From: the human T2T-CHM13v2.0 reference genome, Homo sapiens
Assembly (NCBI GenBank): GCA_009914755.4
Contig: CP086569.2
Location: 20,480,001-20,544,000, forward strand
Direction of reading: 5' to 3'
DNA: 64,000 nt
A model generated the notes under the pieces. It was not told where the DNA came from. It worked only from the letters and a program-made list of their open reading frames with translations, and searched no databases. Shown in pieces: positions 1 to 18,519 of the stretch (position 1 is the stretch's first letter; every line of letters begins with the position of its first letter). The position numbers and the translations under genes are program-made.

Positions 1-45
1 AGAGACAGAGAAAAAGAGAGAAAAGAGAGAGAGTAAGAGAGAGGT
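1..45. repeat. GA-rich simple repeat (AGAGA/GAGAAAA)n
   Basis: Direct reading: agagacagagaaaaagagagaaaagagagagagtaagagagagg. Confidence 0.8.
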
Positions 46-229
46 CTGAAGATGTTTTGCTGTTAATCTTAAAGATGGAGGCAGGAAAATAAACCAAATA
101 ATGGAGGCAACCTCTGTAAACTGAAAAAGACAAAACAGATTCTCCTCTGGGAAATAATAAATATATTTGTTCTTTGCCCCGTTTTCCTAACATACACCTC
201 CTAAAATCCTTGTTGATGGGATGCTAGGA

Positions 230-800
230 GAATTTTTTGTTCCAATATTTAATCTTTGACCTCCAGTTCCTGACATAGAGATCCGAAGACCTTTGTAATT
301 TCCTGAGTAATAGGAGCATTTGACAAACAGCTCCTAAATCCCTTGGAATTTCCTGGTGATAGGAGAATCTTTTTCTAATGAGGTGACTATTGGTGTGTTC
401 TTAGTCCCAGAATGGGAGCTGGTTGCCAGAGAAACCAACCTTGTGATTAGAAGATTGGGACTTTCAGTCTTATCCCAAGCTTTCCAGGGAGGGCACCAGG
501 GGCTGAAGGTTTAGTTGATCACCAGCCACCGGTAATGTAGTGAGTTATGCCTATGCAGTGAAGCCTCATAAAAACCTAGTGAGTGAGGTTTACATAACTT
601 CCAGGTAGCTTGAAGTGTGAAGGGTCCAAGAGGTTCCTGGAACAGTGAAGCCTCATGCTCCTTCCCACATACCTCACCATTTGCATCTCCTGTCTAGCTT
701 TTCATTTGTATCCATTGTAATATTCATTATAATAAACCTGTAAGTCTCAGTGTTTCTCTAACTTCTGTGAGCCACTCTAGCAAATTAATTGAACCAAAGG
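230..800 (+). mobile_element. Possible solitary LTR (MaLR/ERVL-like) fragment
   Basis: AATAAAcc signal followed by ...ctgtgagccac... near 750-790 is typical of MaLR LTR ends. No ORF. Weak, from memory of LTR consensus only. Confidence 0.25.
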
Positions 801-2367
801 AGGAGGTTAAGGACAGCATAGTTTACAAAATGAGCCCTGTTTCTGACATCTGAAGTGGGGGCAGTCTAGTGGGCCTGACCTCTTAACTTGTAGAAACATT
901 CTTTCTTTCTAGATGACTAGTGACCAGAATTAAATTGAATCCTAGGCCACCCATTTATTGTCTTCTGCAGAATTGGCGAGAATGGAGAGGAATCCTCACC
1001 TATCGGTGACCAGAGATGAAATATTCTGAATTGAGAGTTTAAAAGAGCACACTTAGAAGAGATTTAGAGTTTAGTTTTTCCTGTCAGTCTTGCAATAGTG
1101 TCAACATACGTTAAAATGATCTGGGTAAAAAAACAAGGCTGGATGTTTCTTAGCTTATTATGATTGGTTTAATTGGAGCTGGGGAAGTGTAACTTCATAA
1201 AATTGTGACCAAGTAGTTCCATTTAGGTAATCCATAAAAGTAGAGAACGATTGGACATCTAGAAATGTATGACTTGATGATACTAACTGAGTGACCCAGT
1301 TGTTGGCCTTTTCCAAAACAAGTAAGGCAAAAGCATATTTCAGTGTCTTTGGGCATTACAATCTTTTTTTTGGATTTCCTGATTCTTTTGCTGCCAAGGT
1401 TGGCATTTAGATTCATAGAGATATCTCCATTTGCAAATAATCACTGTGTTAGAGTTTTAGAACTAGTTGTAACCTCTTTCAGTTTTATAAATAAAATAGT
1501 CATAGGCAGTAAATGTAAATACAGTGAAGTTGTGCATGCTTTAAAAGGCCAACAATATATGTGATCTAAGATAGAGTATTACCTTATGAGAACCTACTAG
1601 TAGTGTAGAAATTATGATGCTAAACATGACTGTAATAATTTACCCTTTCTGAAACTGTTTTAGTAATTCTAGGCTTCTTTTGGTTTCCTCATCTCTAAAT
1701 TTGGCAATGACTATTTCTCTTTGAATTTACCTGTGAGTAGCTCTCTGTAGCTCTGTGTATTCTTTTGTATACCACAGCAATCACTGCAGGGTCTTTTGCT
1801 GTTACAGGTAGTACTTATACTAACTCCTAGGATGTTATTTTGCTGGAGTTTTATATTCTGCATCAGAACTCCATATTTACTCTGCTCTTGAAAGACCATA
1901 CTCTTTGGAATGTTATAGTTATTGATAATCACTTATTCTCATGTTTCCATGTCTTTGATTCGTATCCCTGGACAAACTGAAATTGGCTCATCACTGAGAT
2001 TGTCTGTTTATCATACCTGCCTATAAGCTATTTCTCTAGATTAAATGAAAAAGTAGATTAAATGCTGTTGCAACTGACTTCATGACAGTGAGCCAAACAA
2101 TGAAGGCCAAGAGAAAATGCTTTATATGAATTATCTGTCACCACTCATTTGCGTTAATTGATATACCAACCACTTAATAATTTGAGACCTATATTTTGGG
2201 TATGGTTTGCTAAGAAGAAAATGAAACTTTTCACGTTTCCCTAGATTTGCCTGACAATAGGTGCCAACATTGGGACTTTCCTAGATGATGTCTTTCCTTT
2301 GATTCTTTATATATCCCTGCTGTACTTAGGCAGTACTTCTCAAACTTTTTGGCTTAGGATACTTTTA

Positions 2368-2664
<297 letters not shown>

Positions 2665-3124
2665 TTATTGAAGACCTTCGTGTGGAATCAGTGAACTCTT
2701 TTCTGTGTTATATTAAACTTCTATCACCTTTTTTTTATGTTTTAAGTGAATTTTATGCCTTTCAGTAATTTTGTAACATTTGTCATTTGGAAATATTGGT
2801 TTGCTGAGTTGTATAGATCTTTCAGATGGTTTACAATATTAGAAAATGAGATTTGTTAATATTATTACTGGCCTTATCAGAAAAGTCTTTAAAGAGTGGG
2901 AAGCTGGCAGGCTAATGCAGATTGAAACTTTCCAAAATTCTAATTTTCACTAGAAAGCTTGATTTTTATCATTGCAATGAATAACTGTATTATTTATCCT
3001 CCCATACTTATTTGGTTCATTTTCTATAAAATGTCTGACCCTAATCAAGATAACGATAGTAATAAGAAATACTATACTATCATATATTATATACTATTAT
3101 TATTATAAAAACATGTATGTTTAT

Positions 3125-3595
3125 TGAGACACTGTTCACAATAGCAAAGACTTAGAACCAACCCAAGTGCCCATCAGTGTTAGATTGGATAAAGAAAATG
3201 TGACACATAGGCACTATGGAATACTATGCAGCCATAAAAAAGGATGAATTCATGTCCTTTGCAGGTACATGGATGTAGCTGGAAAGCTTCATTCTCAGCA
3301 AACTAACGCAGGAACAGAAAACCAAACACCACATGTTCTTACTCATAGGTGAAAGTTGAAGAATGAGAACACATGGACACAGGTAGGGGAACATCACACA
3401 CCAGGGTTTGTCAGGGGTGGGGGCCTAGGGGAGGGATAATATTAGGAGAAATACCTAATGTAGATGATGGGTTGATGGGTGCAGCAAACTACCATGGTGT
3501 GTATATACCTATGTATACACATGTATAAACCTGCACATTCTGCACATGTACCCCAGAACTTAAACTATAATAATAAGAAAAGAACTATGAAGAAT
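3125..3595 (+). mobile_element. LINE-1 3' end fragment (ORF2 end + 3'UTR)
   Basis: ...cacaatagcaaagacttagaaccaacccaagtgcccatcagtgttagattggataaagaaaatgtgacacataggcactatggaatactatgcagccataaaaaaggatgaattcatgtcctttgcaggtacatggatg... matches the canonical L1 3' terminal region and ends in an A-rich tract. Confidence 0.9.
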
Positions 3596-3672
3596 CAGAA
3601 ACTGTATTTACAAATTAATAAGATTGCCATAGTTTATGGATGTTGACAGAGCTATTGAAACAATAGTTTCTC

Positions 3673-4003
3673 TCTTTTTTTTTTTCTTGTCGCCGACAAA
3701 TCCAGGTGCAGAATGAGGATAGGGGATCCAGCTACCTGGTTTCCCCTGTGACTGACCTAGTTCTAGATCACAAGGATACTGACCACAAAGTCTCCCTATG
3801 ATGGCCCACACAAGCAAGAGAGGAGAACATAATGGAGCTCTGAAAGATTTATAGATACTCTCATTCCTTTAGCATGTCACATTTCTGGACAAACCATGTA
3901 CTGGGAGTAGGGGATGACTGAACGGAAGTCAAAGTTATAGTTACTGGAAATACAAACTGTGGCAGTAGAAAACCCTAGGCACAAGGGAAGTAAAATATTA
4001 ACC
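3673..4003. repeat. Inverted-repeat arm A (reverse complement of 5886-6210, about 95% identical)
   Basis: Reverse complement of 3691-4003 aligns base-by-base with 5886-6198 (e.g. ...cttaatattttacttcccttgtgcctagggttttct...ggaaaccaggtagctggatcccctatcctcattctgca.ctggatttgtc). Confidence 0.9.
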
Positions 4004-4266
4004 ACTCCAGGCTGGAGTGCAGTGGCGCAATCTGGGCTCACAGCAAGCTCTGCCTCCTGGGTTCACACCATTCTCCTGCCTCAGGCTCCCGAGTAGCAGG
4101 GAGTACAGGCACCCGCCACCAGGCCTGGCTAGTTTTTTTTGTATTTTTTAGTAGAGATGGGGTTTTACTGTGTTAGCCAGTATGGCCTCGATTTCCTGAC
4201 CTCGTGATCCGCCCACGTCAGCCTCCTAAAGTGTGGGGATTACAGGAGTGAGCCACCATGCCCAGC
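4004..4266 (-). mobile_element. Alu SINE (minus orientation, lacks its poly(A)-proximal about 30 bp)
   Basis: ccaggctggagtgcagtggcgcaatctgggctcacagcaagctctgcctcctgggttcacaccattctcctgcctcag... gtgtggggattacaggagtgagccaccatgcccagc = reverse complement of Alu. Confidence 0.9.
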
Positions 4267-5885
4267 TGAAACAATAGTTCTTCACAATGGCATCTACCAC
4301 TATGTCCACATTTGCACCTCTGTCCTGAACCTCGATTCCTATAGGTTGATGTGTTGAGAACCAGACAATACGAAATAGAAGACAAATCATGAGCTTACAG
4401 AACCTGAAACTTTTTACACTGGGCAGTGTGGTAGACAGAACAGCAGTGGCTGCCCAAAGATGATCATGTTTTAAGTCCTGACATCTGTGAATTATCATAT
4501 TGGGAAAAGGTGTTATTGTAGATGTTGTTTAAAGTTAGGATTTTGAGAGAGGAAAATTATGTAGGGTTATCTGGCTGTGCCCAGTGAAATCACAAGAATC
4601 TTTATAAATGAAAAAAGAAAGCAGAAGAATCAGAACCAGAGACACGGCATTATGCATAGGACTGGACTTGTCATTACTAGTTTTAAAGGTAGAGGAAGCA
4701 GAGATCTAAGAAATGCAGGCAGCCTCTAACTAATGTTAACAAATCTCATTTTCTAATATTGTAAGCCTGTGGAAGAGGCTAGGGCACAGATGCTCCCATA
4801 GAGTCTCCAGAAGGAACCTAAGGTAATGAGATAAGCCGCTAAACTTATTGTAATCTTACACAGGTAGTAAGCAAACCTGCTCTTTGCTTGTACATATAAT
4901 AGTATTTTTATTTTTTTCTAAGGCTGCTTTTTATACAGGCATCCTTGAAAAAATACAGTGGAACAAAGATCCTCTGTATCTCTGCTCCTAAGATAGCAGA
5001 GACAGCATACTGGCTTCTGTTCAATTTTCCTTTGATTACACAACTTCATTGGCTACGGTGTTTAATATGACCGTCATAGGCTGAGACAAGATCTGTTCAG
5101 TTTATCTCATAAGTTACTAGTTAAATCTCAGACATATTATACTTTTGTAACTGAGTGACTCCCATTGTAAGGATAACTACTTCAATGTGCGTATAAATGA
5201 GTCAGTTGTCTCTCTTGGGGGCTTCAACAAATAAGCAAAGATAACCTCATTGTGGAGAGCACTTCACATTTGTTTTTAGGGTTACATAGTCTACTCTGTA
5301 TCCTTAAACACTTGAAGATCTGTTATAACTACATCTGAGATAGTAGTCACAGTGTTTTCTCATGTTAATGCCTGGCTTCCACCCAGGAGGCACATGTGGT
5401 GTGTCTGCAAATAAAGTGTTTATGATTATTGGGGTCCCCCAAGCTGGACCTGTATCCATGTTCAAGTGGCCACAGGGTTACTTGCTTTAGCATGGCTCCT
5501 TGGCTGGCTGTTAAGTGAATAATTAAACTGAGTCTTTTTTGCAGGAGCTAACTGAGACCAATCAATCAGTCAATTTTCCCTTTCTGTGTGTAACACAAGC
5601 TGGATGTCCCTGGAATGACTAAATAATGACTAGAGGAGTCGGGGAAGACATCCAGTGATAATTAGTTGGGAAGGTTCAGGTTCTGGGACATCCGTTGCTA
5701 TTTCCGTGTGAATGGCAATCAAATCATCTGAGTTGACTAGCTAGGAAAGCAAATTTAACAGGCCTGTTGTCTTTGGGAAAGACACACAAGGGTGTGCACG
5801 TGTGCAGATGTGTGTGTGTGTCTGTAAGTCTTCAGTAGCAGATTTAAAAGTGTCATTAATGTCCTATTCTTATACCTTAGAGTCT

Positions 5886-6210
5886 TAATATTTTACTTCC
5901 CTTGTGCCTAGGGTTTTCTGCTGCCACAGTCTGTATTTCTAGTAACTATAACTTTGACTTCCATTCAGTCATCCCCTACTCACAGTAAATGGTTTGTCCA
6001 GAAATGTGAGATGCTAAAGGAATGAGAGTATCTGTAAACCTTTCAGAGCTCCATTATGTTCTCCTCTCTTGCTTGTGTGGTCCATCATAGGGAGACTTTG
6101 TGGTCAGTATCCTTGTGATCTAGAACTAGGTCAGTCACAGGGGAAACCAGGTAGCTGGATCCCCTATCCTCATTCTGCAGCTGGATTTGTCCAGGAAAAA
6201 GAGAAGTATT
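5886..6210. repeat. Inverted-repeat arm B (partner of 3673-4003)
   Basis: See arm A. The six-frame ORFs 3608..3817(-) and the sequence at 6040-6200(+) encode the same peptide (…DLELGQSQGKPGSWIPYPHSA…), confirming the inverted duplication. Confidence 0.9.
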
Positions 6211-7019
6211 AAGCCTAAAGAGCAGTCAGAGTAGAATGCTGAATTTTCAGAAGTTTTATATTAACATAATCATTCATCTTTTTTGTCCTGATAATTACTC
6301 AGGAGGAAACTGAGAGGGCATGGTCCCTTTCTATGGATAGCAATACTCAGTGTCCCAATTTTCCTTTGGGACACTGGGACACAGGCAGAGACTCCGAAAG
6401 TCTGCATGGATTAGTTGTTCATTCACCACAGCTCCTTAGTGTGCCAGGAGAACTATATATGGCCTTTGGTTTCATTCAGGGACAGGGAAACTTGAACCCA
6501 TGCCTATTCATTCTCATTAAAGTAGCAGAAGTCATGTTAGAGACAGTATTGCTGCATTCAGTACTCCTGCCTTTAACGCTTCTGACGCTTCCTGAAAGCA
6601 GCCCCAGCTCTCCATATGGCAAAACAAAGGCAACCTTATGCAAAGCCTTCTCAGGGAACCCTCAGAAAGGTTTAAACTTAGGTTCACAGTTTTTAGAGAA
6701 TAATGTCCTCATTGCTCCCTCTGGCACTAGCAGTTTGTACCAGGAGATCTGTTGGCTACTGTTACCCTAGGGTATGGCAATGGTATGTAGGCAATGAAAA
6801 ATCTTACAGTACTTATTATGGAAAACCAACTTTTTTATTCAGTAAGCATTCCCCTGTGTTGTAAGGTTTTTAAAAGATTGTGGAAGTATGAAAAAGTTTA
6901 TTATGACAGATGTGCCAGCTCCAGCTGTTTTGTGGAGAGTGACCCTTGGATTTTCGTATGCCCCCATTATATGATGATACCTTGTAATGATTTAATTTTA
7001 GCATCTGCTTTTCTTTTCT

Positions 7020-13180
<6,161 letters not shown>

Positions 13181-13268
13181 TTAATATCTTTATACTTTGC
13201 AATTAGGTTACCTCTTTGTGAAATTAAAAATTACATTTACTTTAGATTGTTAAGAAGTAGTGTTACTT

Positions 13269-13608
<340 letters not shown>

Positions 13609-13769
13609 CTAAGCCTTATGACCTGCTTGTTTATTGTCAGATATACAAAATGTACAAAAGCATAGAGGGATGGAAAATTGTACTTTTTAGCACTGCTTAG
13701 TTTTCTTTGCTTTATAACATTTGATTTAACTCTCTCTTCAACCTTTATGCTTACTCTCCTTCCCTCTAG

Positions 13770-14067
13770 TTTGTGAATAGCACAATGGAAGAAGCTGGAC
13801 TTTGTGGGTTAAGAGAGAAAGCAGATATGTTGTGTAACTCTGAATCACATGATATTCTTCAACATCAAGACTCAAATTGCAGTGCCACAAGTAATAAACA
13901 TTTATTGGAAGATGAAGAAGGCCGTGACTTTATAACAAAGAACAGGAGTTGGGTGAGCCCAGTGCACTGCACACAAGAGTCAAGAAGGGAGCTTCCTGAG
14001 CAAGAAGTAGCCCCTCCGTCTGGTCAGCAAGCTTTACAATGCAACAGGAACAAAGAAAAAGTCTTAG
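13770..14067 (+). CDS. TXLNGY: Taxilin-gamma-like exon (large N-terminal exon; first in-frame ATG at 13785 = MEEAGLCGL…); acceptor tccctctAG|, donor |GTaata
   Basis: Reads F V N S T M E E A G L C G L R E K A D M L C N S E S H D I L Q H Q D S N C S A T S N K H L L E D E E G R D F I T K N R S W V S P V H C T Q E S R R E L P E Q E V A P P S G Q Q A L Q C N R N K E K V L G. Ends in phase 1. Homologous to gamma-taxilin …FEIGTMEEAGICGLGVKADMLCNS…. Confidence 0.8.
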
Positions 14068-14920
14068 GTAATAATCTCTGCTCTGTGGTTGGATGTTGTC
14101 ACATACTGGTCTTTTTGTTTTACATTTTCTGCAGCATGAGTGATTATGAACTTGGCCTGTTTGGAGGTAAATGTTGCCTGGTAAACTTGTTTCTTCACTT
14201 GGTTTAGTCCACCTATCATCTCCAGTTATGTGTAGGGAACAAAAATAGCAAAATACGAAGCCCAGTTATAAGAAACTTAATTATTTCTCTGTGTAACAAG
14301 AACTGAAGTTTTAAGAAAGTTTGAGGCCAATATGATGTAATTAGTATTTGATTTACCTTGCTTTTTGTACCTTTGAAAATAACCTAATAGTATGAAAACA
14401 ATATGTATGCTAATTTTGCTTAAAAGATTATACACTGAAATTTAGAGAGGATATAATGTTATCTGTAGTGTAGAAAGAGTTAAATAAGACTGATTTTTAG
14501 AATTTGTTTTATCCCTTCCACTCTTAGCTTGACAATTAGGATTAAGAATATGATATGTCAAATTTCATGACTGAAATCTGAAATGCCTTAATAGTTGCCC
14601 TCAGTGTTTCATCCTTATACTAACATTTACATTGATATATATGACTTATATGTGACACTGAAACTTGGAATTTTTATTCTTAATCCATTTTCTGTTACCC
14701 TGGAAGACAAAAAAAAAAGTATGGTAATATATAAAGTAATTGTAATTCCTTGAAAATAAGACAGATATCTTCAAAATTGATAGCCCCAATTATATGTGTA
14801 AAATATAGCTTGAGGTTAAAATTATTTAAAAAGTTTTAAATGAAAATCTTTATGAAAATGTCAGTTATATTATAGTTGTTTCTTACACATACACATTCAA
14901 TAACAATATTTATTTATTCT

Positions 14921-15236
14921 TTTTTCTAGAGAGACAAGGTCTTTCCCTGTCACCCAGGCTGGAGCGCGGTGGTACATTCATGGGTCATGGCAGCCTTAAA
15001 CTCCCTGAGCTCGTGATCCTGTCTCTTCAGACTCTAGAGTAGCTGGGGCTACAGGCGTACACCACCACACATGGCTAATTTTTTATTTTTCTTTTGTTGT
15101 AGAGATGGGCTGTCATTCTCTTGCCCAGGCTGGTCTTGGTATACTGTCCTGTAGCAGTATATTTTGGCTACCTGTACTGGCATTGGCTTTTCCAAGTGTC
15201 AAGATTACAGGTGTGAGCTAGTATACCCTGCCCAGT
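14921..15236 (-). mobile_element. Alu SINE (older, divergent; minus orientation)
   Basis: tttttctagagagacaaggtctttccctgtcacccaggctggagcgcggtgg... gattacaggtgtgagc. Confidence 0.85.
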
Positions 15237-16080
15237 GTTTCTTTCTTACTTGGCTTTGGTGTGAATGAGAAAAGAATTTAGTACTAAAATTTTATGTGCA
15301 TACAGAAGCATTATTTGAAGTCAGCCTGTTTTCCCTCAACCTCTAGTACTCTGTAAAGTATACCAAAAGTCAAGGTTTTAAAGAACTGTGTTACATATTA
15401 GAGAGAACAAATCAAAAGTTACCTATCTCCATCGTTACCAGTAGAACATTAGTATGTATTTTGAAGCACCATTTGACTCTTTCTATTTCAGCTACTTGCT
15501 TGTCCCTTGCAAAGTTATTATAGTACTCTTTTAAAACTTTTCTTCAAGGGAAGAGCTATTTTGACTTCCTTTTCTTTGATCTAAACCTAACACCCAGAAT
15601 ATGCTTAGCAGATCATCCCAAAACAATCATAACTTGTTTAAATTGTTCATAGCAAAAGTTACATATTATAAAGAGTTATGAGTGTCTTAGGCAGTGAATA
15701 GTAACTGAATATCCTTTTATAGTTGTCCTTCACTAGCAGGAAGCCTTATTCCCTGCCCTTTTACATATCTTAACTTAGAATGTTACTGTCTAAATAGTGG
15801 TTAGGCAAGAGTAGTTCTTAAACGTGCAGTAATTATCTTGCACTACATTTAAGGGCTAAATAGCTAGTAGTGGTGCTTGATAATTGAAGAAATTTGTACA
15901 GCTGGAGGAAGTACCTGCTAAATTTTCAAAAGTTACCTGAATTTAATAGGTAAATCTGTTTTTAATTAGAGCTATATCATTTTACTCTGAATGTCTTAAC
16001 ATAGAAGTTTACATAAAATTTACAGATTGGATTGATTTCAGCCTTCTTCTGGTACTTTTTAAAATCTTATTAATCATTAG

Positions 16081-16172
16081 GAAAAGAAGTTTTATTATTG
16101 ATGCAAGCCCTAAACACTCTTTCGACTCCAGAGGAGAAGCTGGCAGCTCTCTGTAAGAAATATGCTGATCTT
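16081..16172 (+). CDS. TXLNGY: Taxilin-gamma-like exon (KEVLLLMQALNTLSTPEEKLAALCKKYADL)
   Basis: Acceptor taatcattAG at 16079-16080, donor GTgagt at 16173. The first 2 nt complete the Gly codon from the previous exon. Confidence 0.85.
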
Positions 16173-16642
16173 GTGAGTATTTATTTAATGGAGCAAGGAA
16201 CACAGAAAATAAAATCTATGTGTGCTTGATAAGATTTTTAAATATTATTTTGATGTAACTTTAAATGTAAAATGATATTTTATCTCAAAATTGAAAACAA
16301 TCTCCTTTCTTTAGTACTTATGATTGGTGTGTGTGACTTCATCTTATGAAATGATGTATAGAACATAATAATACTTTTTTAAATGTGAAATAAATTTCCT
16401 AAAACTTAATATGCTAGATCAGCAGTTTTTTTTTTTTGTATGCTTAAGATGCCTGACAATTGGGAGGAAGTGGTTTCTGTATTTAAAATTTTCCGAAGGA
16501 ATTCTGCAGATTCAAGCTCTAACCATTCTTGATTAAAATTGTGAGTTAGATAAGATTGTTTAGTAAAATTGTACTATGGCTCAGGAAATATTTATTTAAT
16601 ATCTACTGTATGCCAAGCATTGTTCTTTTTTCCATCTTCCAG

Positions 16643-16823
16643 GGAAATTCACCTCTTCTATAGAAGAGTTTGTTTTGAACTATACGATTTGAAACAAAAT
16701 TCTTTTTTTGGAGACTATGGAAACATTCTCAACAGGGAAACCCTACTAGACTTTGTAAAGCAAATAATGGAAAAGATACAGAACTTTTTGAAGAATCATG
16801 GGAAATTTTTATAATTAAATAAA
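16643..16823 (+). other. Candidate alternative 3'-terminal exon (ORF + AATAAA) inside taxilin intron; unverified
   Basis: Strong acceptor ttcttttttccatcttccAG|g. Open frame …EIHLFYRRVCFELYDLKQNSFFGDYGNILNRETLLDFVKQIMEKIQNFLKNHGKFL*, stop at 16812-16814, AATAAA at 16818-16823. The frame requires a phase-2 upstream donor; the canonical upstream exons (phase 0) would hit a stop after 6 codons (GNSPLL*). Confidence 0.25.
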
Positions 16824-17559
16824 TGCTAAAATTCTGTTTTGTGAAACATTTATGGGAATTATCACTGACAGTTTTTGTACACTTTCAAATAGTGTTAAAG
16901 CAGCAACTCCATGTTGTAAATGCACAAAACAAATATTTAGTTAATAATCAACTCCAAGAATAAAGCTGTAACAATAATAGTTACTATTCTCTCATGTGGT
17001 CCATATTTACCTCCACTTAGCTGGCATCTTCAAGTGCCACATACTTAGCAGCAGCCTGGCACCTTCTGATATTTTGAGAAGCAGGAATCCCTGAGCATAA
17101 ATGTAAATAGCTTAGAACTGTCCAAAAGCAAAGACAGCAGAAAATAAAATTGTTGCTTGCTATGTTCAGGAAAGGAATGCTTCCATTGGATATGGAAGCC
17201 AGTCTCAATTGTTACATCAGCCTGAGGAAACTCATGCGAGAAATGCCAGAAAAAGAAGACAGCAACAAAGAAGATAAAAGAAAGACTGACAAAAGCATTG
17301 AATTTCTGGTAGAAAAAGCAGTGTACTAGAAGGTTAGGAGATTTCCTAGCTGTCAGCCATGAAAGGGTTGGGGAAGAAAGAGCAATTTGGTTGCATACTG
17401 TAGCATGGTCATCTAGGGTGGTCCTCAAACACATAGAAATCACACAAGAATTGTCAAATTGAAGATTTGGATTTAGTAGATCTGAAAACGCACTTTGTAA
17501 AATTGGCCACAGTAGAGGTGGAAGTGACTGAAATACTGCATTATTTATTTATTTAATTA

Positions 17560-17832
17560 ATTTATTTTAGTCAGAGTCTTGCACTGTCGCTAAGGCTGGT
17601 ATACCATGGTTCAGTCACAGTTCACTACAGTCTTGAACTCCTAGGCTCAAACAATTCTCCTGTATCGGCCTCCTGAGTACCTGGCACTACAGACATGCAC
17701 AAGCATGCATGGCTAATTTTAAAAAAATTTTTGTAGAAATGGAGTCATGAACTCCTGGGCTCAAGTGATCCTCCCACCTCAACTTCCCAGAGTGTTGAGT
17801 GAGATTACAGTTATGAGCCACCATCCCTGGCC
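17560..17832 (-). mobile_element. Alu SINE (old AluJ-like, minus)
   Basis: ...agtcagagtcttgcactgtcgctaaggctggtataccatgg... ttacagttatgagccaccatccctggcc. Confidence 0.85.
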
Positions 17833-18339
17833 AATAAAGGTGTTTTTAATACCTATAAGAATATTGCCTGCAAGGATGTTTGATAGGTTTCTTGATATTT
17901 CATTCTCTCTTGAAATGTTTGCTTCGTCAATTTTTTATTTTTCATAAAAGCTTTACTCAAGAATTAGGATGACCACTATGTTATCTAGTAGTATAATTTG
18001 GAATCATTTATTATAAATCTGAAACTGACTTGACTGATGAATCTTGAGCACTGCTTATTGTGTTCTAATTTTGGTAGCTGTTTCAATAAAGTAGCTCTTG
18101 TAGAATAGGAAAACTATATCATTTTAGTCTGAAATAAGCTTTTGATTAAAAGGTTACTTTTTCCTATTAATAAAAAATGGAGATTAAGATTGCTTTTCTT
18201 GCTACACAAAATTATTTACATACTTTCCTGTCACTAGAAAAGAGGGGAACATAAAATGTTCCATGGCTGTAATTGCAGTGCTTAGAGCTATAACTCAGAT
18301 TACTATACTTCCTAAATGTAAAGTGGTTATTAATTTTAG

Positions 18340-18519
<180 letters not shown>

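Larger units (their letters stand above)
3669..4266 (-). mobile_element. Retroposed composite block: poly(T) + inverted copy of the 5886-6210 segment + 3'-truncated Alu, flanked by 13-bp direct repeats
   Basis: Direct repeat tgaaacaatagtt at 3656-3668 and 4267-4279. The block begins with a T-rich tract (tctctcttttttttttttcttgt) on the plus strand, i.e. a poly(A) tail for a minus-strand insertion. Confidence 0.6.

Noticed and set aside
6333-6770. 145-aa plus-strand ORF (MDSNTQCPNFPLGHWDTGRDSESL…)
   Set aside because: No recognisable domain or family signature and no splice or poly(A) context. Composition looks like random open frame in unique intergenic/intronic DNA.
13773-14207. Six-frame track ORF starting with M at 13773 and extending to 14207
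   Set aside because: The M at 13773 is a GTG in the track. The real exon starts at the AG acceptor (13769/13770), the first ATG is 13785, and the exon ends at the GT donor after 14067. The residues beyond (…NNLCSVVGCCHILVFLF…) are intronic read-through.
16569-16814. Peptide …NRETLLDFVKQIMEKIQNFLKNHGKFL with a faint resemblance to short-chain cytokine C-termini
   Set aside because: The resemblance is too weak to name any family, and the region is AT-rich intron. Kept only as a low-confidence alternative-terminal-exon candidate, not as a cytokine-like gene.
17150-17320. Small plus-strand ORF MFRKGMLPLDMEASLNCYISLRKLMREMPEKEDSNKEDKRKTDKSIEFLVEKAVY in taxilin intron
   Set aside because: Short, no splice signals or homology. 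Likely chance ORF.
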